A program made the translations under genes and the position numbers. Of a stretch of 64,000 nucleotides of DNA, positions 9,686 through 20,554 are shown piece by piece. The stretch is from an uncultured Desulfospira sp. (lineage in GTDB: Bacteria > Desulfobacterota > Desulfobacteria > Desulfobacterales > Desulfobacteraceae). Under the pieces are notes generated by a model, which was given only the letters and a program-made list of their open reading frames with translations, was not told the DNA's origin and searched no databases. The stretch spans positions 6,048,001-6,112,000 of the forward strand of contig OY760175.1 of NCBI GenBank assembly GCA_963663165.1. The letters run 5' to 3'. How positions within the stretch are numbered: the first letter of the stretch is position 1; each line of letters begins with the position of its first letter.

Positions 9686-10156
9686 ATGAAAAAATTGATA
9701 TTTTGTGCGTTAGCTTTATCGTGTTTTTTCGTTGTCGCTAACGGTTTCACCGCTGAAATCACCAAAGAGCAGGTCATTGCCCTTGTGGAAAAAACCTGCG
9801 AAGATATCAAGGCCGACGCCAAAGGCACATTTGAGAAAATTGCCAATGGGGAGCATCCCTACAAAGATGCTCAAAACCCGGCTTCCTACGTTTTTGTTTA
9901 TGACACCGAAGTGATCATTGTGGCCCACCCCAAGAAAAACCTTATCGGCAGAAGCTACAAAGGCAAACCCGATGTAAGGGGCAAGAAATTCCGGGACGAT
10001 ATTGTCAATGGGGCCCTTGCCAACGGAACCGGATGGGTGGATTATTCCTATAAAAAACCCGAAGACACAGGAATTCATCAAAAAACCACCTATTACCAGC
10101 TGGTTACTGGATCAGACGGCAAACAGTACGTGGTTGCCAGTGGCAAATATTTATAA
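9686..10156 (+). CDS. Secreted single Cache-domain protein
   Basis: Signal peptide; YVFVYD...IVAHP...LIG...PDVRGK...GTGWVDY...P...K.TY Cache pattern. Confidence 0.85.
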   Translation: MKKLIFCALALSCFFVVANGFTAEITKEQVIALVEKTCEDIKADAKGTFEKIANGEHPYKDAQNPASYVFVYDTEVIIVAHPKKNLIGRSYKGKPDVRGKKFRDDIVNGALANGTGWVDYSYKKPEDTGIHQKTTYYQLVTGSDGKQYVVASGKYL

Positions 10157-10302
10157 CCGTATTTTAAAAACAGACAGGGGCTGGCTGGCGGTATCTGCCA
10201 TGATCAGCCCACACAAATATTGAAAGCCGTCAGCATGGTTCCGACCCATTTCATATTATACCAACTAAATTTTCAACTTAAGTTTTAGGGAGCTGTGGAC
10301 AA

Positions 10303-11940
10303 ATGACCATTCGATTCAAATTAATTTTAATAGCCGTTATCTCATTAATTTCACTTCTGGCCGTTGCATTGCTGGGACAGTATAATATAGCACGCATGGC
10401 GCAAACACTGGAATTATATAACACCCAAAACGAAACCCTTTTAAAACTTTTCCGGGCATCCAAAAACTTCGATACCATTTTAGAAAGTTATAAACATGAT
10501 ATCATTGCCACCATGTTGGGCCAGGAAACTCACCAGGACTGGCCCAAAGTTGAAGAAAAGCTGAATATGATTCAAGCCGAACTGGTTGCTGCGGAACAAA
10601 CCAATAATATCAAGCCGGCCATCAGCAGCCAGCTCCAGTCCCTTAAGCCGTTTCTCAAGGATGGCCTGGCCGCCATTGCCGGTGAAGACGCCTACGGGGC
10701 AAGCGAGCTCTTTTCCTTAAAAATCAATCCGCTTCAAAAAGACATCCAACAGCAGACCAGCCAGATTGTGTCAACCGCCGAGAAGATATTAGAAACCAAT
10801 TATGACGAGGCATTTAAAAAATACCTGTTGAACCGGAAAATTCTGGTCATTGCTGTGGCCATTATCTGTGTGGGGATATTCGGGTTTGTTCTGATCACCG
10901 GCAGTATTATTTCCAAGCGGCTTAAACAGGCGGTCCAGGATGTGGCACGCATTGCCCAGGGGGATATGACGGTCAAAGTCGCCGTGGACCGGTCTGATGA
11001 AATCGGCAATTTAAATAAGTCATTAAACAAAATGATTACCGATTTAAGGGAAATGTTTAAAGACATTGCCGTAAACGTGACCACACTGAATTCGGCTTCA
11101 AGCCTTCTGGCAGCGTCTGCCGGCAAAATTAAAGAGCAGTCTGAAACGGCCGATGCCAGATCAAACACCGTGGCCCAAGATGTGGAAGAAGTAAAACAGG
11201 CCATGGTTGGAGTGGCGGCCGCGACCGAGGAGGCCTCGACCAGTATCCAGATGATCGTGGCCGCATCCGAAGAAATGTCCGTAACCATTCATGAAATTTC
11301 CCAAAATGCCAACCAGGGCAGCCAGACCACTTCAGACGCCGTAGGGGTGTCAGAAGAGGTCTCAGGCCTCATGGACAAACTGGACCTGGCGGCCAATGAA
11401 ATCGGTGACTTTACCAATACGATTTCAGATATTTCCGGGCAGATCAACCTGCTGGCACTGAACGCCACCATAGAAGCCGCCAGGGCCGGCGAGGCCGGCA
11501 AAGGGTTTGCCGTTGTGGCCGATGAAATTAAAACCCTGGCCGAACAAACCGATATGGCCACCAGTGAAATTAAACAAAAAATCACCGGCATCCAGGGCAT
11601 TGCCAAAGATTCCATGGGAGCAATCAAATCGGTTTCTGAAATCGTCGGCAATGTAAATTCCATTATGTCCACCGTGGCCACCTCTGTGGGCGAACAAACA
11701 ACGGCAACCAGTGATATTTCCAACAATGTTGCCCAGGCCAGTTTGGGCGTGGATGAAATCAGTCAGAATATTAACCAGACGTCATCACTGACCGAAGAAA
11801 TCAGCCGGGAGATTACCGAGGTAAGCCAGCTGGTTCAAGATACCAATTCCAGCAGTGAAGAGGTCAATGAAAGTGCCGGCAAATTGTCCGAACTGGCAGA
11901 GAATTTAAATGTTATGGTTAGCCGGTTTAAGCTGGAATAA
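10303..11940 (+). CDS. Methyl-accepting chemotaxis protein
   Basis: Two TM segments, HAMP (DEIG.L...LN.M) and [29 protein letters not shown] signalling hairpin. Confidence 0.95.
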   Translation: MTIRFKLILIAVISLISLLAVALLGQYNIARMAQTLELYNTQNETLLKLFRASKNFDTILESYKHDIIATMLGQETHQDWPKVEEKLNMIQAELVAAEQTNNIKPAISSQLQSLKPFLKDGLAAIAGEDAYGASELFSLKINPLQKDIQQQTSQIVSTAEKILETNYDEAFKKYLLNRKILVIAVAIICVGIFGFVLITGSIISKRLKQAVQDVARIAQGDMTVKVAVDRSDEIGNLNKSLNKMITDLREMFKDIAVNVTTLNSASSLLAASAGKIKEQSETADARSNTVAQDVEEVKQAMVGVAAATEEASTSIQMIVAASEEMSVTIHEISQNANQGSQTTSDAVGVSEEVSGLMDKLDLAANEIGDFTNTISDISGQINLLALNATIEAARAGEAGKGFAVVADEIKTLAEQTDMATSEIKQKITGIQGIAKDSMGAIKSVSEIVGNVNSIMSTVATSVGEQTTATSDISNNVAQASLGVDEISQNINQTSSLTEEISREITEVSQLVQDTNSSSEEVNESAGKLSELAENLNVMVSRFKLE

Positions 11941-12033
11941 CGGTCGCGGACCGTCTTTGGTTATCCAACCAAGAGCCGCCCACAACAAATATTGAAAGTC
12001 TTCTCAGGACGTTAGTGAGACTTTCATATAAAA
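11938..12033 (+). repeat. Dispersed ~95-bp repeat family B copy
   Basis: Starts on the MCP TAA stop; nearly identical to 52825-52918. Confidence 0.85.
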
Positions 12034-12051
12034 ACCTTAGAGGGAACCGGG

Positions 12052-14832
12052 TCAGGCGGTCTTTTTAAACTGCCGCACGGCATAGGCCACAAAATCGTCA
12101 TAGGGCATGGGCTTGGCAAACAGGTATCCCTGGATAATATCGCAGCCTTCCCCCACAAGGAAATCCATTTGATCCTGGGTCTCCACCCCTTCGGCAACGG
12201 TTTGAAGGGTCATGGCCTGGGCCATGGCCAGGGCCGCCCGGACAATGGCCTTGCTAGTTTCTTCGGTTTCAATGTCATTGATCAGTGAGGCGTCCAGTTT
12301 CAGGGCCGTCAAGGGCAGATTTTTAATGGAATTCAAAGAGGAATACCCGGTGCCGAAATCATCGAGTTCCACCCCGAGCCCCATATTCCGAAGTTCCTCC
12401 ATAACGCTTCTGGCCCGGTCCATATCCTGGACAAGGCTGGTTTCGGTCAGCTCAAATTTCAACCGCCGGCTCACGGCACCGGTCTGGTCAAAAACCCGCT
12501 TAACGGTCTCAATAAACTTTTTATCGCCGAACTGAAGGGCACTGATGTTAACCGCTATAGCAAAATCGTCGGGAAGCTCAAATTTTTCCAGGTTCATGGC
12601 ATGAATGCAGGCCTGCTTGAGGACCCATTCCCCCAAGGGAAGGATCAGGCCGGTGCTTTCCGCCATGGGGATAAATTCGGCCGGACTGACCGGCGATCTG
12701 TCTGGCGGAAACCAGCGGAGAAGGGCCTCAGCCCCGCACAATACACCGGTTTTGGATACCTGGGGCTGCAAGAACAGCCTGAACTCGTCATGGTCCAGTC
12801 CGGTTTTCATATCCATGGCCATGGCGGTTTTGCTGTTCACCATGGCCTGGCGTTCTTCGCTGTAAAGGCAGATCCGGTTCCGCCCCCTGTCTTTGGCCTC
12901 ATACATGGCCACATCCGCCCGTTTGAGGACCTGGCTTTCATTCTGGTCCTTGCCGTGGAACAGGGTCACTCCCACAGAGGTGCTGGAGTAGTGGACATGC
13001 CGTTCCTCTCCCAGGATATAAGGATGGCATAAAATCTTTCTGGTCTTTTCCGCAACGGCCATGGCTTTTTCCCGGCCGCTTTTTTTGTCACTGCCCAGCC
13101 ACTCCAGCAGAATAACAAACTCATCACCTCCCAGACGCGCCACGGTATCGGTTTCCCGGACACTGGCGCTAAGCCGCCGGCCCACTTCCACCAGCAGGGC
13201 ATCTCCGACATCATGGCCCCGGGTGTCGTTTAAGCTTTTAAAATTATCCAGGTCCAGCATGAGAACCGCGCCGTAAAGCTGTTTTCTGCCGGCCAGGGCA
13301 ACGGCATGGGAAAGCCGGTCCAAAAAAAGCTGACGGTTGGCAAGGCCGGTTAAAGAGTCATACAGGGCCAGCCTGCGAATCCGGTCCTCGGCCTGACGGC
13401 GTATGGTGATATCCCAGATATACCCATGCCATAATGTGCCGCCGTCCAGCATCCGTTCCGGGGTGGCATGGGATTCCAGCCAGATATCCCCTTTCTGGGG
13501 GTGGCTGACCCGGTACTGGGCTTTCCATGTGGTGACGGACTGGGTGGATGCATTGATGCTGTCCACCACTTTGTGCCGGTCATTTTCATGGATGATGTTA
13601 ATCAGGATCCCTGAGTTTTCATACAGTTCCTCCGGGGTTATCCCGCAGGTCTGCTGCACGCCTGAGCTGACGTAAAGCACTTGCCAGTCCCCTTCCTTGT
13701 CACGCTTGAGCTGGAAGATAAATCCTGGAATATGCCGGGACAGTTTGTCCAGTTTATTGGACAGCTCCTTTCGCTGGGTGATGTCCTGAACCATGCCTGA
13801 TATTTTGATGATGTTCCCGTCCCGGTCTTTTACGCAGGCCGCCTTCTGGTAAACAAGCCGCTCAGCACCGTCAGGGCGGACGACCCGGTATTCCACATTT
13901 AAGGCGTCCGGATCATGGGCAAAGGACTTGAACTGTTTTCTGACCATGGTCTGGTCTTCAGGGTGTATAAATTCCAGCACATTTTCCCGGCTCACTTTAA
14001 CGTCGGCCCTTGATCTTCCCGCGATCTGGTATACCTGATCTGAACAGTCCATGTCCCCCGAGGCCGTGTCAATCTCCCAATGGCCGATAAGGGCCAGCTT
14101 CTGGGCTTCAACCAGGCGGTGGCGGGTGTCGGTCAGCTGGGCCACTGATGACTTTAAGGACCCAAAGGCCTGCCGCACCTGCTTTTCCAGGGGCCTGAAA
14201 ATAAAATATGCCTCCAAAAGAAGAAACAGGAGGCCGGCCAGCCAGATAAACAGTTCAAACCGCTCTATTTTCAGGATGGACGCCCTGCCGATCCGTTCAT
14301 ATTCCTCCACCACGGCGTCCAAAAGGGGTTCTAAGGCGTGGGGACCGTAATTGATCAGGTAAATATAGGCAATGGATTTTTTTGAAAGGCTTTCCATGTC
14401 CATGTCATAGACCTGTCCGGCCCGTTCCAGAAATCGTTCAAGAGCCATGTCCAGTCCCATCATGGGATCTTCATAAATATTTTTTAAGGTCTCATTGATC
14501 ACTTTAGGGGTCTGGGTTTCAGGATCGCCTTCCCTGAGGGCCTTGTGGGCGGCCTTCATTTTGTGCATGGTCAGGCCGATCTGGGACCGGGCATTTTCAA
14601 ATTCAGCCTCATCATTGGTGTCTGCCATCAGGCCGGCAAAGTAGACAATCCGGTCCGTCAGGCCGGCCTGGTGACCGGCAAGGTTAACCAGCCGGGCAAA
14701 GTCCCGCTGTTTTGAAATCACATGCTGCATGCTCAAAAAAGAAGTGGTCATCAAAAGGGCTATGGCGCTTAACCCGATCACATAACGCCAGCGCAGGTTT
14801 CCAGCAATAGTTAAAGGCAAAAGATCCTCCAA
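12052..14832 (-). CDS. Membrane-anchored PAS-PAS-GGDEF-EAL c-di-GMP signalling protein
   Basis: Two TMs around a PilJ/NarX-like sensor (VNLAGHQAGL), two PAS/PAC, RETD..ARLGGDEF, AEALLRW, DDFGTGYSS. Confidence 0.92.
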   Translation of the reverse strand: MEDLLPLTIAGNLRWRYVIGLSAIALLMTTSFLSMQHVISKQRDFARLVNLAGHQAGLTDRIVYFAGLMADTNDEAEFENARSQIGLTMHKMKAAHKALREGDPETQTPKVINETLKNIYEDPMMGLDMALERFLERAGQVYDMDMESLSKKSIAYIYLINYGPHALEPLLDAVVEEYERIGRASILKIERFELFIWLAGLLFLLLEAYFIFRPLEKQVRQAFGSLKSSVAQLTDTRHRLVEAQKLALIGHWEIDTASGDMDCSDQVYQIAGRSRADVKVSRENVLEFIHPEDQTMVRKQFKSFAHDPDALNVEYRVVRPDGAERLVYQKAACVKDRDGNIIKISGMVQDITQRKELSNKLDKLSRHIPGFIFQLKRDKEGDWQVLYVSSGVQQTCGITPEELYENSGILINIIHENDRHKVVDSINASTQSVTTWKAQYRVSHPQKGDIWLESHATPERMLDGGTLWHGYIWDITIRRQAEDRIRRLALYDSLTGLANRQLFLDRLSHAVALAGRKQLYGAVLMLDLDNFKSLNDTRGHDVGDALLVEVGRRLSASVRETDTVARLGGDEFVILLEWLGSDKKSGREKAMAVAEKTRKILCHPYILGEERHVHYSSTSVGVTLFHGKDQNESQVLKRADVAMYEAKDRGRNRICLYSEERQAMVNSKTAMAMDMKTGLDHDEFRLFLQPQVSKTGVLCGAEALLRWFPPDRSPVSPAEFIPMAESTGLILPLGEWVLKQACIHAMNLEKFELPDDFAIAVNISALQFGDKKFIETVKRVFDQTGAVSRRLKFELTETSLVQDMDRARSVMEELRNMGLGVELDDFGTGYSSLNSIKNLPLTALKLDASLINDIETEETSKAIVRAALAMAQAMTLQTVAEGVETQDQMDFLVGEGCDIIQGYLFAKPMPYDDFVAYAVRQFKKTA

Positions 14833-14969
14833 ATCAACGGCAACATATCCTTGTTATCCATCAACATCCCATTTCCATTTGTCACACCGGTCAACGCGGT
14901 TATCCGATATTTGCATGTTGCCTTTTCACAGGCGATAGGGATTCTTACCACGCTTATATTAGAAAATTG

Positions 14970-15809
14970 TTAAATCGCCCCAGGGTTCAGCCGTTTTCCC
15001 AAAATGGTATTCCAGACCCCGTCCGGGCAGCGCCGCTCCATGATATGAACAGGCATCTGTTTTAATTCATCCATCACCTTCCGGGCCTGGGAAATCAAAA
15101 GCCCTGACAGGATAAAATAATCGGCCTTGAGAAATCCAGGGGCCTGAATCAGAATTTTCATGACATCATAATGGATATTGGCCACCAAAAGGTCACAGGG
15201 AAGGTCCATGACATCCTCTCCCCTGGCCTGGAAGGCCAGAACCCGGTCCTGGAAACGGTTCAACCGGATATTGTTCAGACAGGTTTTAACGGCTAAAAGG
15301 TTAAAATCGCAGGCCAGGACCCGGCGGCACCCAAGGGCGGCCGCCCCTAAGGCAAGCAATCCGGTGCCCGTGCCGATGTCCAGCACCGAATCAATCTTTT
15401 TTGGGGTACACAGCCGGTGAATCAGACTTAAGCAGTCTTCGGTGGTCTGGTGCCGGCCCGTTCCGAACACCACCCCGGGATCAAGGATAACCTCTTTAAT
15501 GTCTTTATTTTCTTTTCGGTCCAGCCGGTTCCATGGGGGGACCACACGAAGGGAGTCTACATAATAGGGGTCAATGGTTTGCCCATGCCATTGTTCACAG
15601 GTCATCTGATAGGTATCGGCCAGGGGGACCAATGGATTTTCCTGGCAGACCTTTGAAATCAGATCCGGTTTCTGGGTTTTAAAAAACAGAAACGCAGTGT
15701 CCTGCTCCACCCAATTGCCTAAAAAATCCGGGTCTGTTTCAAGTTCCCGGTCCAGGACGGGGATTCCTTCAAAATAGTAGATGGTCATGTGCTCGTACGG
15801 GTTTTCCAT
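14970..15809 (-). CDS. PrmA-like SAM-dependent protein methyltransferase (divergent paralogue)
   Basis: LDPGVVFGTGRHQTT, VLDIGTGTGLLA, LLVANI, FILSGL; short atypical N-terminus. Confidence 0.8.
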   Translation of the reverse strand: MENPYEHMTIYYFEGIPVLDRELETDPDFLGNWVEQDTAFLFFKTQKPDLISKVCQENPLVPLADTYQMTCEQWHGQTIDPYYVDSLRVVPPWNRLDRKENKDIKEVILDPGVVFGTGRHQTTEDCLSLIHRLCTPKKIDSVLDIGTGTGLLALGAAALGCRRVLACDFNLLAVKTCLNNIRLNRFQDRVLAFQARGEDVMDLPCDLLVANIHYDVMKILIQAPGFLKADYFILSGLLISQARKVMDELKQMPVHIMERRCPDGVWNTILGKRLNPGAI

Positions 15810-15827
15810 ATGTATGCTCTCATATAT

Positions 15828-15926
15828 AGCTGTTAGCTGTCAGCTGTTAGCCATTAGCTGTTAAACGGGAAGCATTGAGGCCGGTAAAACCGGCTAATGG
15901 CTAAAAGCTAAGGGCTAACGGCTAAA
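15828..15926. repeat. Inverted pair of heptamer tandem arrays (AGCTGTT / GGCTAAN type)
   Basis: Five 7-mers on the left arm and five complementary-type 7-mers on the right arm. Confidence 0.75.
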
Positions 15927-15998
15927 AACCATTGACATTACCACAAATGTAAAAAATAATCCCCCTGAAATCAAAAAAATAAAGACTAGGCCGGAACC

Positions 15999-16940
15999 AT
16001 GAAATTCAGAAAAATTACCATCGGGTTTGACGCCCCTGACCCGGAATCCGCAGAAGATTTGATCTGTGATATTTTTTTTTCACAGAACCTTAAAGGGGTG
16101 GTATGCCATGTCCCCATAAACGAACCGGACCAGGGATTCGGGTGTGAGGACCTGCCCGTGCCTGAAGAAAACAGCGTCACCGGGTACCTGCCGGATATTG
16201 ATTCATCGGATATGGTGTTCAATAAAATCCAGGCCATGGCCGGCGCCCTGTCGGATCTGGGCATCCGGACCCGGATCACACAAAGCCTGGTGGATGAAGA
16301 GGACTGGGCCAATGCCTGGAAAGCATATTTTGATGTGACCCGGATCAGCGACCGGATCATTATCAAACCTGAATGGAAGCCCTATGAAGAAAAGAAAGGC
16401 GAGGCGGTCATCCACCTGGACCCGGGCATGGCCTTTGGCACCGGGACCCATCCCACCACGGCCATGTGTCTTCGCCAGGTGGAGCGGTTCATGACCCCCG
16501 GGGCGGATTTTCTGGATGTGGGAACCGGGTCCGGCATTTTAATGATTGCCGCGGCCAAACTGGGTGCCGGTTTGTTGACTGGCATTGACACCGATGAAAC
16601 CGCTGTCAGGGTCTGCCGGGAAAACCTGAAAAAGAATCATGTTTCAGAAGGCAGGGTCACTCTTTCCTGTACCACCCTGGACCAGCTTGACCCCGGACCG
16701 GGGAAAAAAACCTTTGATTTGATTGCCGCCAATATTCTGGCCCAGGTGCTGGTGGACCTCATGCCGCAGCTTAAACAACACATGCACGAAAGAAGTGTCC
16801 TTATCCTGTCCGGCATTATCACAGAACGGCTCCCGGACATCATGGCGGCCCTTTCCGAGAACCGCCTTGAACCCGTTTCACAGGATCAGACCGATGAATG
16901 GGTGGCCCTCGGGGTAAGGGTGCAGGCGGCGGGCTTATAA
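15999..16940 (+). CDS. prmA: Ribosomal protein L11 methyltransferase
   Basis: EEDWANAWKAYF, LDPGMAFGTGTHPTT, LDVGTGSGIL, ANILA, LILSGII. Confidence 0.92.
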   Translation: MKFRKITIGFDAPDPESAEDLICDIFFSQNLKGVVCHVPINEPDQGFGCEDLPVPEENSVTGYLPDIDSSDMVFNKIQAMAGALSDLGIRTRITQSLVDEEDWANAWKAYFDVTRISDRIIIKPEWKPYEEKKGEAVIHLDPGMAFGTGTHPTTAMCLRQVERFMTPGADFLDVGTGSGILMIAAAKLGAGLLTGIDTDETAVRVCRENLKKNHVSEGRVTLSCTTLDQLDPGPGKKTFDLIAANILAQVLVDLMPQLKQHMHERSVLILSGIITERLPDIMAALSENRLEPVSQDQTDEWVALGVRVQAAGL

Positions 16941-17050
16941 TTTGTGCATAAACGAAACCCTTTGTGTAAAAGATATGGGTTATGCCAATATAAGTTCAGG
17001 GGATCAGACTGAAGGGATGCACAACCCCCTTCAGTCTTCAGCCTGATGCC

Positions 17051-20000
17051 CTAAAATCCATTCAGCAATGTCTCGATAAAACAGCCCCCGCCGCCCCCGC
17101 CGCCCCCGCCAGCATCGCTGACATCGGCATGCCAGCCGCTGGGAATTCCCAGGCCGGAAGGGTCCCGGACAACCCCTTCCTCATCATCGTCGTCCAGGGG
17201 GCCGTTGTCGGTGATCCTTAAAAGGACCCGCTTTCGACCGGTTTGAAAGACTGCGCCGTCATCCGGTTCTTCAGAATAGTTGCCCTTTGTGCAGGTCGCC
17301 CAGCCATCCGTTTCGGTGTACTTGAACCAGCGGGACTCATCCGGGGCCGCTTCATCCAGAAGAACCCGGAGGACCGCCTGTTCACCGGGGGTGACCACCA
17401 TAATGAAATCCAGCATTCCGTAAGTCAGATTTTTGGGACGATTATCCGTGTCTGCAATGTATCCTGCGGAATATTCATAATCCGGATCACTGGCCTTAAA
17501 GTAAATCAGACTGCCGTTAACGGCCTGGAGTGCCATGGCCGTTCCGGAAACTTCGTTGTAAAAGGTAATGGCATCGGAAGGGAAGCCGGTAATGCCGTTA
17601 TCCTCGACCGTAATGGTGACAAAGGATACGGATGTACCGAATTCGCTTTCATTGATCCGGGTCAGCTTAAAATAAAGATCCGTGTCCGAGTCCACCGCCG
17701 GTGTGACAAAGGTGGGATTTTTAATGGTGCTGCCGGACAGGGTAACGGTTGGGCTGCCGTTGTCCACCTGGGTCCAGGCATAGGTGGTATCATCATAGTC
17801 ATCACTGGCCGGGTTCTGCCGTCCCAGGGTGACGGCGGTGCCTTCCTCCACCACCATGTCAGCTCCGGCCGGGTTGCCAAGCCCGGGGCAGGCGTACCTG
17901 GCCTCAATGGCATCAATGAATTTGCCTGAGGTATATCCGGTGAAGTTTTTGTTGATGCGGACATACTGGATATCCACGTCCCGGTATCCGGTTTCAGCGT
18001 CTTTTTCCCCGAGATCCGGATAGTCGTTAAAATCAAAACTGTCGGAGTTAAGCGTACTGCCGCCGTTTTCACCCAAAGGCAGATCGGCGAGCATAATCCA
18101 GGTGCTGCCGTCGGCACTGACCTCCACCGTGGTGGCCCCGTCCGTATACCCCAGGGTGATGTCCGAATCCGTCACCCCCTGTCCGAAATGGTGGATGTAC
18201 AGGTCCGGCCCGTCCCGGTCCGCCAGGGGGTTGTCAAACCCCACCACGAATACGCCGGAATTGACCATCCATCCCGAGCAATTGCCCACCCCGGCAACCG
18301 ACGGGTCATAGTCCGGTTCTCCCAGGGCGTTTTCGCCGTTGTCCATTTCTTTATCCACCCAGTCCACCATGCCGTCCGCTTCCTGGGCAAAGGCCGCGTA
18401 AATGGTGGTCAACGCCGTGAAATGACTGATCAGACCGTCAATATAATGGGGGCCGTCCGTGTCCTCTTTGAGAAATTTCAGGTACTGGACCGATATCACC
18501 TTGGATTCACTCAGATCAGTATAATCGGCCAGATCAAAATTCTGGGTATGAACCGTGGGGGTCTGTGCTGAATTGATGGTCAGGCCGGCTGAATCCAGGG
18601 TCCCTAAGCTGACCCATGTGTCACCGTCAATACTGGCCTGAATCTCTATATTTCCGGTGCCGAAATGGTAAACGGTCAGGTCATCCCCATCTCCATCTGC
18701 CACGGGAATATTGAATTTCACCGTAATCTGCCCCACAGATCCGTCAGGAAACCCCGAGGCGTCCCCGTCCCCTGAAGATGTCATGTCCGGAAGGCCCAGG
18801 ATTCCTTTGGCCAGGTCCAGGGTCCCTGAACGATAAGAATAGCTGCCCACCTGCCAGGCAGACGTGGCCGGGTTGTCTGCGGCGATAATATAAAGTTCCC
18901 GGATGGTCACGGAAATGGTTCCCTGAACATAAAGTCCTTTGCCGTCGGACACGGTGGCCAAAAATTGCAATTCTTCACCGGGATATTCGGGCACAATAAA
19001 GGTGGCCTTGGCCGAATCGGCATTGGAAAGCGAAACAGCCGGCCCTGAAGTTTGTTCCCATTCATATGTCAGGTCATCCAGGTCCGGGTCCCAGCTTGAA
19101 GACGCATTCAGGGTAAACAGCAGATTTTCCGTGGCCGTGTCCTGGGTTCTGGAAAGGTCAATGAAGGGCGGGCGGTTAATGGTCACAACCACGGTATCCG
19201 TGCTGGTCAGGCCTGAAGGATCCGTAACCGTCAGCTCAAATTCCAGGGGCACCGGGACACTTTGGGCGGTAAAGGAGGGGGTTTTTGTATCGGCATGGGT
19301 TAATTCAACCCCGGTGCCTGACACCTGGGCCCAGGAAAAAGCCAGGGCGTCGCCGTCAGGATCATAGGACGTTGAGCCATCCAGGGTGACCAGTGCCCCG
19401 GCATTGCCCAGCATATCTTCTCCGGCATCGGCCACCGGGGTTTGATTTTCCCCGGAGGCCACCACCGTGATGGTGACTGAATCAACCGCGCTGAATACAC
19501 CGTCGGACACGGTTAACTCAAAAGAATATTCCCCGACCCGGTCAACGGCAAATGCGGGGGTGGCGCTGTCAGTGTCTGTCAGTGAAACGGCGGTGCCCGT
19601 GGACTGCTCCCAGGCAAAGGTCAGTGAATCCCCATCTATGTCAGACGAATCTGTGCCGTCAAGTACAATGGTCTGGCCGGATAACAGAACCCGGCGGTCG
19701 TTCCCGGCATGGGCCGTTGGCTCATGATACAGACTTTTCACCGAGTCGATAAACAGGGCCCGGCCTGTTGTGTTCCTGGTGGTCCCCACCGTATAATACC
19801 CGCCGTCGCCCAGCTCAATTTTGATATACCGTGCCCGTTCAAGGCCGCAGCCTTCCAGGTCCCCCCATAAAATCTGCCCGTAAACCCCCGGGTATGAGAA
19901 CTTAAAATCGGGGTTGGCGCCCCATTCCCCATCCTGCCAGCCCTCCCATCCGGAAATTTTGACCCATTGGGTTTCATCCCCGGTAACAGTGACCAGACCG

Positions 20001-20554
20001 GTGTCCGGATCAGCATCGCTGACCGTCGGATTATAGGCTTCAGATGCCACATAAACATTTACCGTGCCCATTTCTTTGGTAAACGGCTGGTTATAGGCAA
20101 ACCCGAAGCCCAATATCAAAAAATCAATGCCTTCGGGCAGGTCCACGTCCGTTGCGCCGGAATAATTTTCATAATCAAGAGCGCCCTGTCCGTTCATAAA
20201 ATCCTGGTCAAACCCGATAATCAGCGTGCCGCCGGCACCAGAACCGCCCCAGCCGGAGGTCAACTGATCCTTTTTCCCCAGAAACTTGCTATAGGTAACA
20301 ACCCCTGGATTAATCATCCCGGCACCGATCCAGTCCTGGTCCGGCCCCTGGATCACGTCTTGATCAACAATATTGTTCTGCTCCTGTACATGAAACCAGC
20401 CGGCGCCGGCCATGGTGGCATACGCTTTGGCATCAGATGCCTGCGCCGACACCATTGCCGGGCACAACAAAATCATTGCCAGGTAACATAAAACGGCCGG
20501 TCCGGTTAAGCCCTTTGCACGTCCTTGAATCCGCCTGTTTAAATTCATTTTCAT
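17051..20554 (-). CDS. Large multi-module surface protein: three copies of an uncharacterised module, four PKD/REJ-like repeats, choice-of-anchor-U-like domain and GGGGCFI tail
   Basis: Signal peptide; repeats of P.A.AG.D...LDG..S.D.DGD.L.F.W.Q..G; C-terminal WFKY....GW...ITDNGPLDDD...G...DPSG then GGGGGGGGCFI; start overlaps the receptor stop (ATGA). Confidence 0.8.
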   Translation of the reverse strand: MKMNLNRRIQGRAKGLTGPAVLCYLAMILLCPAMVSAQASDAKAYATMAGAGWFHVQEQNNIVDQDVIQGPDQDWIGAGMINPGVVTYSKFLGKKDQLTSGWGGSGAGGTLIIGFDQDFMNGQGALDYENYSGATDVDLPEGIDFLILGFGFAYNQPFTKEMGTVNVYVASEAYNPTVSDADPDTGLVTVTGDETQWVKISGWEGWQDGEWGANPDFKFSYPGVYGQILWGDLEGCGLERARYIKIELGDGGYYTVGTTRNTTGRALFIDSVKSLYHEPTAHAGNDRRVLLSGQTIVLDGTDSSDIDGDSLTFAWEQSTGTAVSLTDTDSATPAFAVDRVGEYSFELTVSDGVFSAVDSVTITVVASGENQTPVADAGEDMLGNAGALVTLDGSTSYDPDGDALAFSWAQVSGTGVELTHADTKTPSFTAQSVPVPLEFELTVTDPSGLTSTDTVVVTINRPPFIDLSRTQDTATENLLFTLNASSSWDPDLDDLTYEWEQTSGPAVSLSNADSAKATFIVPEYPGEELQFLATVSDGKGLYVQGTISVTIRELYIIAADNPATSAWQVGSYSYRSGTLDLAKGILGLPDMTSSGDGDASGFPDGSVGQITVKFNIPVADGDGDDLTVYHFGTGNIEIQASIDGDTWVSLGTLDSAGLTINSAQTPTVHTQNFDLADYTDLSESKVISVQYLKFLKEDTDGPHYIDGLISHFTALTTIYAAFAQEADGMVDWVDKEMDNGENALGEPDYDPSVAGVGNCSGWMVNSGVFVVGFDNPLADRDGPDLYIHHFGQGVTDSDITLGYTDGATTVEVSADGSTWIMLADLPLGENGGSTLNSDSFDFNDYPDLGEKDAETGYRDVDIQYVRINKNFTGYTSGKFIDAIEARYACPGLGNPAGADMVVEEGTAVTLGRQNPASDDYDDTTYAWTQVDNGSPTVTLSGSTIKNPTFVTPAVDSDTDLYFKLTRINESEFGTSVSFVTITVEDNGITGFPSDAITFYNEVSGTAMALQAVNGSLIYFKASDPDYEYSAGYIADTDNRPKNLTYGMLDFIMVVTPGEQAVLRVLLDEAAPDESRWFKYTETDGWATCTKGNYSEEPDDGAVFQTGRKRVLLRITDNGPLDDDDEEGVVRDPSGLGIPSGWHADVSDAGGGGGGGGGCFIETLLNGF

